Assembly: GCA_001897305.1 (NCBI GenBank)
Contig: MKSO01000001.1
Span: 90,001-122,000 of the forward strand
Reading direction: 5' to 3'
From: Candidatus Saccharimonadota bacterium
GTDB taxonomy: Bacteria; Patescibacteriota; Saccharimonadia; Saccharimonadales; Saccharimonadaceae
Length of the DNA stretch: 32,000 bases
Made by a program: the position numbers and the translations under genes
In this document: piece after piece, positions 7,942 through 15,589 of the stretch
Numbering within the stretch: position 1 is the first letter of the stretch
Layout of the letters: every line of letters starts with the position of its first letter
The notes under the pieces: generated by a model
Database searches by the model: none
What the model was told of the DNA's origin: nothing
What the model saw: the letters and a program-made list of their open reading frames with translations, nothing else

Positions 7942-8061
7942 GAAGACACCCCACAGCGTCTAAGTGCTGGATAGAGCGGTTTGAGATGTTTCTCCAACTT
8001 CTGTACCCGTTACTTACTCGCTCGAAGAATAAAAGTGGGTCAAACAAGAAGGAGGTTCCTT

Positions 8062-10188
8062 ATGCCAATTATCAACCCTTATGGCAAGGACATTATAAAG
8101 GTGACGACCGAATTTGAAGGCCGTCCATTAACGCTGGAAGTCAACCGTGTCGGTTTCCGTACCACCGGTTCGGTGCTGGTAACCTACGGCGATACCGTTG
8201 TGCTCGGCTCTGCACAGGTGGGCACTCGTCCAGTACAGCTGGATTATTTCCCACTCAGCATTGACTATGAAGAAAAATTTTATGCAGCTGGCAAAATTAG
8301 TGGTAGCCGCTTTATTAAGCGTGAAGGTCGCCCTTCAGACGAAGCGATTCTGATTGGTCGCCTTATTGACCGTCCAATCCGCCCACTGTTTCCAAAAGGC
8401 TATCGCCAAGAAGTCCAGGTTGTTGCCAGTGTATTAAGCCTCGACCCGGCTTTCCGCCCCGATATTATTGCGATGATTGCTGCGTCGGCTGCACTTAGTC
8501 TTACGGGTACACCATTTGATGGTCCAGTAGCGGGCCTTCGCGTTGGGCGTGTTAACGGCGAGTTTAAAGCCTTCTTAACTCCAGAGGAGCGTGAGGCATC
8601 TGATCTCGACCTCGTAGTTGCCGGTATCGAAAGTGGCATCACTATGGTGGAAGCGGGCGCTAACGAAGTACCCGAGGAAGTTGTCGCCGATGCACTGGCC
8701 TGGGCCTACGAACACTACCAACCAGCTATTAAGCTCCAGCAAGAACTGACTGCCAAAATAGCCCCAGTTGCCCAGGAATACACCCTGGTGTTGCCAGACC
8801 CAGCCCTCCAAGAGGCAGCTGATGCTTGGGTGGACGGTAAGCTTGGTGAAGCTATCCGCAAGCCATACCCAGAACGCAACGAACTCATTAACCAATTACG
8901 CTGGGCGTTTCATGAAGAAACCGCTGCGAAATATGCCGAAGAGAACGGCGAAGATGCAACGTACCCACGCGACAAATATGACGAAGCCTTTACGGCTGCG
9001 GTACACAAGGATGTTCGTAAGGGTATCGTTGAACACAAAACGCGCCCTGACGGTCGTAGTTTCGATGAAATCCGTCCACTTTCAAGTGAAGTAGGGGTAT
9101 TGCCGCGCGTACACGGTTCGTCGATCTTTACTCGTGGCCTGACCCAGGCTTTGAACATTGTTACATTGGCACCGCTGAGCTACGCCCAGATGGTTGATAC
9201 CATGGAAATTAACGATGGTGAGCGTCGTTATATGCACCACTACAATGCCCCTGGCTACACAGTAGGTGAAGTGCAGCGCCTTGGTTCACCGGGCCGTCGT
9301 GAAATTGGTCACGGCTACCTTGCAGAGCGTGCGCTTATTCCGGTATTGCCGAAAGAAGAAGATTTTCCGTACGCTATCCGTAGCGTCACCGAAATTATGA
9401 GCCAAAACGGTTCTACCTCAATGGCTGCAACTTGTTCAAGCTGTTTAGCCTTGATGGATGCCGGTGTGCCAATTAGCGCTCCTGTATCGGGTATTGCTAT
9501 GGGTCTTATTATGGATGGCGATGAAGCTAACATCCTTAGTGATATTGCTGATGCCGAAGACTTTGCCGGTGATATGGACTTTAAATCTGCCGGAACGGCC
9601 AAGGGTATCACTGCTTTGCAGATGGACATGAAAGTGCATGGCTTGCCGGTAGAAATTCTTAAAGAAGCCCTGCTGACAGCCAAAAAGGGCCGGGCGGTTA
9701 TTTTGGAACACATGCTCACAACGCTTGCTGCGCCACGCGAAGCCCTTAGCCCGTATGCGCCACGCATCGAGAAGATCAAGATCAACCCTGATAAGATCGG
9801 TGCGGTCATTGGTAAGGGTGGTGAAGTCATTAACAAGATTACTGCCGAAACAGGTGCAGAAATCGACATTAAGGATGACGGTCTTATTACGGTTGCTGCT
9901 GCCGACACCGCTAAGATCGAAGCCGCGCTTAACTGGATCAAGAGCCTTACCGAAGAGCCTGAAGTTGGCCGTATTTACGACGGTAAAGTGGTAAGTATTA
10001 AAGACTTTGGTGCTTTCGTGAACATTTTGCCTGGTATTGATGGCATGGTTCATATTTCACAGCTTTCTGACCAACGTGTTGAAAAGGTTGAAGATGTGTT
10101 AACGATGGGTGAGACCATTAAGGTCAAGTTGATGGGTATTGACGAGAAGGGGCGTTTGAGCCTTTCGGTCAAAGAAGCTAATCGCTAG
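8062..10188 (+). CDS. pnp: polyribonucleotide nucleotidyltransferase (PNPase)
   Basis: The ATG at 8062 follows AAGAAGGAGG. Two RNase PH-like domains, a KH domain (GKGGEVINKITAETGAEIDI) and an S1 domain (GKVVSIKDFGAFVNILPGIDGMVHISQL). Confidence 0.95.
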   Translation: MPIINPYGKDIIKVTTEFEGRPLTLEVNRVGFRTTGSVLVTYGDTVVLGSAQVGTRPVQLDYFPLSIDYEEKFYAAGKISGSRFIKREGRPSDEAILIGRLIDRPIRPLFPKGYRQEVQVVASVLSLDPAFRPDIIAMIAASAALSLTGTPFDGPVAGLRVGRVNGEFKAFLTPEEREASDLDLVVAGIESGITMVEAGANEVPEEVVADALAWAYEHYQPAIKLQQELTAKIAPVAQEYTLVLPDPALQEAADAWVDGKLGEAIRKPYPERNELINQLRWAFHEETAAKYAEENGEDATYPRDKYDEAFTAAVHKDVRKGIVEHKTRPDGRSFDEIRPLSSEVGVLPRVHGSSIFTRGLTQALNIVTLAPLSYAQMVDTMEINDGERRYMHHYNAPGYTVGEVQRLGSPGRREIGHGYLAERALIPVLPKEEDFPYAIRSVTEIMSQNGSTSMAATCSSCLALMDAGVPISAPVSGIAMGLIMDGDEANILSDIADAEDFAGDMDFKSAGTAKGITALQMDMKVHGLPVEILKEALLTAKKGRAVILEHMLTTLAAPREALSPYAPRIEKIKINPDKIGAVIGKGGEVINKITAETGAEIDIKDDGLITVAAADTAKIEAALNWIKSLTEEPEVGRIYDGKVVSIKDFGAFVNILPGIDGMVHISQLSDQRVEKVEDVLTMGETIKVKLMGIDEKGRLSLSVKEANR

Positions 10189-10223
10189 TAGTTGTTAATT
10201 TCAAAAACTAAATTTAGACTGAC

Positions 10224-10973
10224 GTGCGTATAAAAAGCATTGTTACGAAAATCGGAATAGTTGTAGGGTATGTCATCCTCATTCCCTTCGCTATTTTTAT
10301 GCTTGTTGCAATTCTTCCGTTGATTATTCTTACGATTGCACTTGATTGGTGGCGGAAATTATTTATGTACCTCAGACATGATCCGCCACACAGGGTACCA
10401 AAAAAATATCGAATCTATAACTATAGTGGCTATCCGAAGGGTAAAAAAGGACTTCGTGAGTACTTTGACAAGTTTGTTACTGCTATCCAAAAAAACGCAG
10501 ATGTCACGGATATTTCAGAGATAAGGCTAGAGGAGCTCGGAAATAATCAAGGTGAGAACGCTGACGAATATGGGTTTACGTTCTCGGTGACAATACAAAC
10601 CTCAACAGGAAAGGCCCACCTTGAAATGCAGGCTTGTGGAGACACCCAAGGGGACGATGGTGTATTTGTTGCACTAGAAGATGGAGATGTTCCACCGTAT
10701 TTGAACGTTGTATATACTCAAAACGATGGCCTACGGACAGTATTTGATGTATCGGGTGATCATACGTTGGAATTTCTGATTGCTAGTATGCAATATGGTC
10801 AGGTGCTTTCAAATGCAGGCCAGATATGGACACGACTACATAAGGAAGTGTATGCCGTGAATTACGGTGTCAAAAGCTCGGAGAAATCCGACAGAATCGG
10901 TAATGACTATGGTTACCGAAAAGCTTTCTCGAATGCTAAAGCCAGGATGTATTTTTTCGATAGAAAATATTGA
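10224..10973 (+). CDS. hypothetical membrane-anchored protein, 249 aa
   Basis: GTG start. N-terminal hydrophobic hairpin IGIVVGYVILIPFAIFMLVAILPLIILTIAL. No domain recognised. Confidence 0.55.
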   Translation: MRIKSIVTKIGIVVGYVILIPFAIFMLVAILPLIILTIALDWWRKLFMYLRHDPPHRVPKKYRIYNYSGYPKGKKGLREYFDKFVTAIQKNADVTDISEIRLEELGNNQGENADEYGFTFSVTIQTSTGKAHLEMQACGDTQGDDGVFVALEDGDVPPYLNVVYTQNDGLRTVFDVSGDHTLEFLIASMQYGQVLSNAGQIWTRLHKEVYAVNYGVKSSEKSDRIGNDYGYRKAFSNAKARMYFFDRKY

Positions 10974-11015
10974 ACCGCCTCTAGACGATAGTAGGGGTGT
11001 GACGTTGACTTGTGT

Positions 11016-11558
11016 ATGGATACCGTGGACATCAGCAACTTACCAGTTCATACTAATCACATGACTTCCATTCGTAACCAGCCTTGGTTTAGTACTATCT
11101 ACCGCATAGGTGTCGGCATTAAAGGTGTCGACGGCCTTATTGAGCTTGCGGCCGGGCTATTTTTGTTGTTTGCCCCGCATGTACTGCATGCTTTCTTGCA
11201 GGGCATTGTCGGTAAGGCCGAACTACACCATACACATATGTCGCATCTTATAGCGACCTACGTTGCCCATGCAGATGCCGACTTGGCGCGGTCGGGCTTG
11301 GTATTTTTGATAGTTTTCCTTATTGGCCATGGGGTAGTGAAGTTAGCCTTGGTGTATTGTCTGCTACGTCGGATTATTTGGGCGTATCCGTATGCGTTGG
11401 CTATTCTGGGGCTCTTTTTGGTGTACCAGGTGTATGCACTCGTACAAAACCCGCTTTCGCTGGGTATGTGGCTATTTACAATTTTGGATGTCATTATCAT
11501 CTACCTAGTGTGGGGTGAATGGAAAGATCTTAAAGAAAAACACCCAGCTCATGGCTAA
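11016..11558 (+). CDS. DUF2127-like integral membrane protein
   Basis: The pattern IYRIGVGIKGVDGLIELAAGLFLLF plus 3-4 further TM helices resembles DUF2127. The start is ambiguous (11010 TTG, 11016 ATG or 11061 ATG). Confidence 0.6.
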   Translation: MDTVDISNLPVHTNHMTSIRNQPWFSTIYRIGVGIKGVDGLIELAAGLFLLFAPHVLHAFLQGIVGKAELHHTHMSHLIATYVAHADADLARSGLVFLIVFLIGHGVVKLALVYCLLRRIIWAYPYALAILGLFLVYQVYALVQNPLSLGMWLFTILDVIIIYLVWGEWKDLKEKHPAHG

Positions 11559-11575
11559 CGAGAATTTACCACCTC

Positions 11576-11584
11576 TGTTATAAT
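11576..11584 (+). promoter_or_regulatory. extended -10 promoter TGTTATAAT
   Basis: Exact TGnTATAAT, 11 nt before the ATG at 11596, with no SD in between. Confidence 0.5.
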
Positions 11585-11595
11585 TAACTACTAGT

Positions 11596-13263
11596 ATGAT
11601 TCTTTCCGCTACTATTAACGAAAAATCCTTTGGCCCCAAGCTGCTTCTTAAAGATGCGTCGTTTTTTGTTGATGATGGTGAGAAGGTGGGTCTGATTGGT
11701 CGTAATGGTGAAGGCAAGACCTCTTTATTTAGAGTGTTATCTGGCGAGGATAAAGATTACCAGGGCGAGGTACAAGTAGGCAAGGGTGTGCATCTTATCT
11801 CTACCCGTCAGGAACACCATGGTTTTGAGCAAACATCGGTGCTTGAATACATTTTGCATGACCTTCCGCAATACACTAACTTGAAGCATATACTTGAAAC
11901 CTACCCCGATACGATGGGCGACAACATGCGCCTTATCAACGAATACTCTGAAGCGCTGGAGCAATTTGACGCGCTGGGCTATTACACTATTGAAAATGAA
12001 GTCGAAAAGATCCTTGATTCTTTCCAACTAGGCACTAAAATCAACGCTTTATTAGGCGACTTAAGTGGTGGGCAAAAGCGCCTGATTGAAGTGGCTAAGG
12101 TAATGCTTTCTAATGCGCAACTGGCCCTTATTGACGAGCCAACCAACCACATGGACTACGTTGCAAAAGATAATTTCTTGGCCTGGATGGCCGCTGCTAA
12201 AGATGCCATGCTGATTATTACCCACGACCGTGATGTGCTCGAAAAAGTGGATCGTATTCTTGAAATTAAAGACCAGAAGATCATTAGCTATAAAGGCAAC
12301 TACAGCGATTACCTGCGTCAAAACTCGCTGTCGACCGGCTCGTCGATGAACGAATACGAACTTACCCAGCGTCGCATTACTAACCTCAAAGCGAAGGTAA
12401 TCGAATACCAGCGCTTCAAAGAAAAAGCTCGCGATCCTGGTACTATTCAACGCTTTAAGCGCCTTGAACAACAAACCCGCGATGAACTTGCCCAGCTTGA
12501 AAAAATCGAGAAGCCAACCTTTTGGGTGGATCGCGAATCGGTCCAGGATATGGGCCTCAAAACTGGCGAGCAGTACCAAAAATACAAGGCTAAAAATATT
12601 CGTTTGCACGGCGTTACCGGCGAGGAGGGCTTTAGCCGTTTATTGGTAACGGTCCAAGATTTAGCGCTTGGTTATGGCGAAACACCTTTATTTAAAGGGG
12701 TTAGTTTTCAAGTCCGTGAAGGGGAGGTAGTAGAAGTCCGCGGCCGTAACGGAGCCGGTAAAACTACGCTTATAAAAAGCCTTCTAGCTACTATCGAAGC
12801 GGCCCAAAAAAATACCGCCAAGCCCATTGCAACCGCCAAGGTGTTTGACGGTCATATTGATGTCGACAAAAAAATTCGTGTGGGTGTATATGAACAAGAA
12901 ACTTCTAGCGAACTGCTGAATAAAACACTAGCTGAAGCTATTGAACACATATTTTTATCACGGGGCTTAAAAGTAGGTGATACGAAAGTGCGCCAGCTCA
13001 TGGCAGATTACCTCTTTACTGCGGGTGATGCCAATATACCAGTATCTCAGCTTAGTGGTGGGCAAAAAGCCCGTTTGCAGCTTATTGACATGCTGGCTGA
13101 TAACCCCTCATTGCTTGTGTTGGACGAGCCAACTAACCACCTTGATTTGCCAAGTATTGAAGAGCTCGAGCAAGCTCTGGAGCGCTATGCTGGTGCTATT
13201 TTATTCATCTCGCACGATACCCACTTCCGTAAGCAATTGGGTGGCACGGTAGTGCAGCTATAG
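11596..13263 (+). CDS. ABC-F family ATPase (two tandem NBDs, no TM domain)
   Basis: NBD1: GRNGEGKTS, LSGGQKRL, LALIDEPTNHMD. A charged linker follows. NBD2: GRNGAGKTT, LSGGQKARL, LLVLDEPTNHLD. Confidence 0.9.
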   Translation: MILSATINEKSFGPKLLLKDASFFVDDGEKVGLIGRNGEGKTSLFRVLSGEDKDYQGEVQVGKGVHLISTRQEHHGFEQTSVLEYILHDLPQYTNLKHILETYPDTMGDNMRLINEYSEALEQFDALGYYTIENEVEKILDSFQLGTKINALLGDLSGGQKRLIEVAKVMLSNAQLALIDEPTNHMDYVAKDNFLAWMAAAKDAMLIITHDRDVLEKVDRILEIKDQKIISYKGNYSDYLRQNSLSTGSSMNEYELTQRRITNLKAKVIEYQRFKEKARDPGTIQRFKRLEQQTRDELAQLEKIEKPTFWVDRESVQDMGLKTGEQYQKYKAKNIRLHGVTGEEGFSRLLVTVQDLALGYGETPLFKGVSFQVREGEVVEVRGRNGAGKTTLIKSLLATIEAAQKNTAKPIATAKVFDGHIDVDKKIRVGVYEQETSSELLNKTLAEAIEHIFLSRGLKVGDTKVRQLMADYLFTAGDANIPVSQLSGGQKARLQLIDMLADNPSLLVLDEPTNHLDLPSIEELEQALERYAGAILFISHDTHFRKQLGGTVVQL

Positions 13264-13323
13264 ATCGTTAATATCTGTGGCAAAAATATAGTACACTGTA
13301 GGTAAAGAGGAGAGGGTATAATT

Positions 13324-14136
13324 GTGGATTCGACCGAACCGACTGTGTCAAAAGGGCTAAGTTACCGTACTAAAAAAGTACTTATTATTACTGGTGCTAT
13401 TGTGGCTGCATTGCTACTAGCGTTTATGGTGTTTGCTATTTTAGTAACCCCGCTGCGCCAACCGTATCGTGATGCTTTGGCGCAATATAACAATGTTATT
13501 CATGCTGGTGCCCTGCTTGGTGCGGCTGGGTCATCATTAAATGCCAGTGGAGCGACTGACGAACAGTTTAATAAAAACATTGATACCGCTCGTAATTTTG
13601 TAACCTCCCTTAAAACCGAGAATGTTGCCCTAGGTAAAGAAACAGTGCTTACTACGGGTGAAGGTAAAACACTGTACGACGCCTACAACGCAAAACTGCA
13701 GGCTTTTATTACCTATAACACTAATGTGCTTGCTGCTATGCAAAAGGTGCGTCCGGTCCTCGTGCTGTGTAGTCAATCAATGACTAATGTATCAGAGGAT
13801 GTCAAAGCTGCGGCTGCGGTCCGCACCTGCTCGGATAAGCTTAACGCACTTGGCGGTATTCCCGACGCCGACTACACACAGTTGGTCGTTAGTTTTCAAG
13901 CTGAATACGCCAAGCTCGCTACGACCCTTGAACAGTTAGCAACTACAGACCCTGCGGATACCGCGATGATCCAAGACCTCACGCAGCAACGTACCGATAC
14001 TCTTGCGGCAATTAACGCAGCAAGCACGACGTTCAGCGAAAACGTTCAATCAACCCGTAAAACTATCCTTACTACCGATACTCAGCAAAAACTCGAAGAC
14101 TACCTGAAAACCCATTCCAGTGTAGTAGGGGTGTAA
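13324..14136 (+). CDS. hypothetical membrane-anchored Ala/Thr-rich helical protein, 270 aa
   Basis: The GTG start follows AAAGAGGAGAGGG. A single N-terminal TM helix (VLIITGAIVAALLLAFMVFAILV). No domain recognised. Confidence 0.55.
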   Translation: MDSTEPTVSKGLSYRTKKVLIITGAIVAALLLAFMVFAILVTPLRQPYRDALAQYNNVIHAGALLGAAGSSLNASGATDEQFNKNIDTARNFVTSLKTENVALGKETVLTTGEGKTLYDAYNAKLQAFITYNTNVLAAMQKVRPVLVLCSQSMTNVSEDVKAAAAVRTCSDKLNALGGIPDADYTQLVVSFQAEYAKLATTLEQLATTDPADTAMIQDLTQQRTDTLAAINAASTTFSENVQSTRKTILTTDTQQKLEDYLKTHSSVVGV

Positions 14137-14137
14137 T

Positions 14138-14728
14138 ATGGTGGCTGCAAAAGATACCCAAGCTCAACTTGATGCGCTCGCCGAATCTATTTTGGCGGCG
14201 AATGTTTGCCCAGAATTACGCGACCAAGCCACACAATTAGTAATGGGCGATGGCAATCCTGATGCCGAAATTGTATTTATCGGTGAAGCGCCCGGTAAAA
14301 ATGAAGACCTACAGGGAAAGCCTTTTGTGGGTGCAGCTGGTAAGTTCTTGAATGAAATGCTGGCCCAGGCCGGTATGGACCGTAGCGATGTGTATATTAC
14401 GAATATCGTGAAATATCGTCCGCCTAATAACCGTGACCCCTTACCTGAAGAGAAAGCTGCCTTCTGGCCGTATCTTTTAAAACAACTCGAAATTATTCAA
14501 CCAAAAGTAGTCATTACCCTTGGTCGCCATAGCATGGAGTACTTTTTGCCAGGTCTGAAAATCGGCCAAATCCACGGCGAGCCCAAGCGTATTCAATTTG
14601 GTGATCATAAAATTGTGATCATGCCGTTGTTTCACCCCGCTGCCGCTCTGTATAACGGGGGGCTACGCCAAACGTTGATTGATGACTTTCTTAAAGTTCC
14701 AGAAGTTATTAGGCAGTTAAGTCATTAA
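14138..14728 (+). CDS. uracil-DNA glycosylase, family 4
   Basis: Motif GEAPGKNEDLQGKPFVGAAGKFL and C-terminal HPAAALY, typical of family-4 UDG. The start is 1 nt after the upstream stop. Confidence 0.85.
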   Translation: MVAAKDTQAQLDALAESILAANVCPELRDQATQLVMGDGNPDAEIVFIGEAPGKNEDLQGKPFVGAAGKFLNEMLAQAGMDRSDVYITNIVKYRPPNNRDPLPEEKAAFWPYLLKQLEIIQPKVVITLGRHSMEYFLPGLKIGQIHGEPKRIQFGDHKIVIMPLFHPAAALYNGGLRQTLIDDFLKVPEVIRQLSH

Positions 14729-14787
14729 AAAAGCCCCCTGTAGGGGGGTGTGGAGGGGGTGACGTGCGCCACCCCCCCCTTTTTTCA
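14729..14787. terminator. two back-to-back GC hairpins between an A-run and a T-run (composite convergent terminator)
   Basis: Hairpin 1 is CCCCC tgta GGGGG (14734-14747), preceded by A6. Hairpin 2 is GGGGGTG (14755-14761) paired with CACCCCC (14770-14776), followed by CCC and T6. Confidence 0.6.
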
Positions 14788-14788
14788 C
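14759..14788. repeat. direct repeat, left copy GTGACGTGCGCCAC-C7-T6-CAC
   Basis: Aligns with 15297-15322 at 22 of 26 positions, with homopolymer-length and 3-nt indels. Confidence 0.7.
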
Positions 14789-15306
14789 GAGTTGCCCGAG
14801 GTTGGTGTGAATTCTGACTCGAAGGCTTTGAGGTCGATCCCGCACCGCACCAGTGTGGATCGATGCTCATCGAGGTGTCGTTCTCGATCTTCGTCCATCT
14901 CCTGGCGTTGAACCCTCTTGAGGCCCATTGCCTTCGTCAGCCTGTCGTGCAGGTGTTTGCTGGAGAGGTGTGTCGCGAACTCCAGAGCCTCTTGTCGAAC
15001 CATTTCTGTGCGGGGATCTCCTTCGAATTCCACCTCGCCCAAGTGGCTAAAGTGAACTGCGAACGGACCCTGTGGCATGTCGGCGAAGTGCTGCTCCACT
15101 TGGGGCTTGCCGTTTTCCTGCCACCAGAGGTCGAATCGTGGTGTGATGCTTTCGCGCACCTCCTGTTCCTCTTGTCTGAACCTTTGCATGTGATGTTTGA
15201 AGGTCTTTTTTACGGTCCTTTTCAGGCTCCGCGCCAGCTCCTTTCGGATGTAGATAGCGGCCGAGATGACCACTAGTGCGTATGCTATCGACTCTAGTGA
15301 CGGCAT
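14785..15306 (-). CDS. hypothetical N-terminally anchored charged protein, 173 aa, GC-enriched
   Basis: The ATG at 15306 follows GAAGGGAGTGG. TM helix SIAYALVVISAAIYI, then a highly charged, His-rich region. The antisense 137-aa ORF lacks an SD and looks compositional. Confidence 0.55.
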   Translation of the reverse strand: MPSLESIAYALVVISAAIYIRKELARSLKRTVKKTFKHHMQRFRQEEQEVRESITPRFDLWWQENGKPQVEQHFADMPQGPFAVHFSHLGEVEFEGDPRTEMVRQEALEFATHLSSKHLHDRLTKAMGLKRVQRQEMDEDRERHLDEHRSTLVRCGIDLKAFESEFTPTSGNS

Positions 15307-15322
15307 GCGCCACTCCCTTCAC
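15297..15322. repeat. direct repeat, right copy GTGACGGCATGCGCCACTCCCTTCAC (contains SD and start codon on the minus strand)
   Basis: See the left copy. The 3-nt insertion (GCA) creates the start codon, which is absent from the left copy. Confidence 0.7.
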
Positions 15323-15350
15323 TCGTGTTCTTCGGTTGAAGAATAAAAAT

Positions 15351-15359
15351 ATTATAACA
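15351..15359 (-). promoter_or_regulatory. extended -10 promoter TGTTATAAT (minus strand) reading into the cassette
   Basis: The reverse complement of ATTATAACA is TGTTATAAT. It lies in AT-rich backbone and is followed by the hairpin TTCTTC ggtt GAAGAA (15328-15343). Confidence 0.45.
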
Positions 15360-15406
15360 GATTACAGACAAAAATCAATAATTAGCAACTATCCACATAA
15401 ACCAGA

Positions 15407-15435
15407 TTGTGTCTATGGGCGTACTATGCTATAAT
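15407..15435 (+). promoter_or_regulatory. promoter: TTGTGT, 17-nt spacer, TGCTATAAT, upstream of rnj
   Basis: The -35-like TTGTGT (15407-15412) is 17 nt from TATAAT (15430-15435), with an extended TG. This implies a leader of about 150 nt. Confidence 0.5.
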
Positions 15436-15589
15436 AAGATCACTTTCAAGGGGAAATTACCGATTATATCTACCAAACCCCGCCCTTTATGACGAAATTA
15501 TTAATTGTTAACCAGAAAGAAAGCTTCACGGTTCAAAACAGAAAGTACCCGGAAGAACTCTTTTAACAAAAAGGAGAAATAACACAGTT

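Larger units (their letters stand above)
14759..15322 (-). mobile_element. GC-enriched single-gene cassette bracketed by ~26-30-nt imperfect direct repeats
   Basis: The cassette runs from the left copy (14759-14788) to the right copy (15297-15322), with the ORF filling the space between them. GC is about 55-58% in two counted lines versus about 47% for the backbone. Confidence 0.4.

Noticed and set aside
7458-8047. Alternative readings of the GC-rich patch: a 119-aa minus-strand ORF (7458-7817), and the full 165-aa ORF extending to 8047.
   Set aside because: The 119-aa frame is Arg/His/Pro-rich and lacks an SD. The upstream 79 codons of the 165-aa ORF are AT-rich leader sequence containing the promoter and palindromes. 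A strong SD precedes the internal ATG at 7810.
9315-10053. 208-aa and 202-aa minus-strand ORFs inside pnp. The same pattern appears at 12061-12609 (inside the ABC-F gene), 29718-30233 (inside the 816-aa gene) and 5601-5960 (inside the CHAP gene).
   Set aside because: They are antisense to strongly supported genes, have low-complexity or odd composition, and have no RBS or domain signal.
10208-10217. A 10-bp palindrome CTAAATTTAG after pnp, and an 8-bp repeat TGATATTG at 25989/26054.
   Set aside because: These are short AT-rich words expected by chance in AT-rich intergenic DNA, with no supporting context.
13317-13322. A TATAAT box immediately before the GTG start at 13324.
   Set aside because: It is only 1 nt from the start codon, so it cannot serve that start. 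The region is better explained as an SD (AAAGAGGAGAGGG) and spacer. No alternative in-frame start exists before the TM helix.
14863-15276. 137-aa plus-strand ORF antisense to the 173-aa cassette gene.
   Set aside because: It has no SD and no TM or charge organisation. The minus-strand ORF has an SD, an N-terminal anchor and a terminator.
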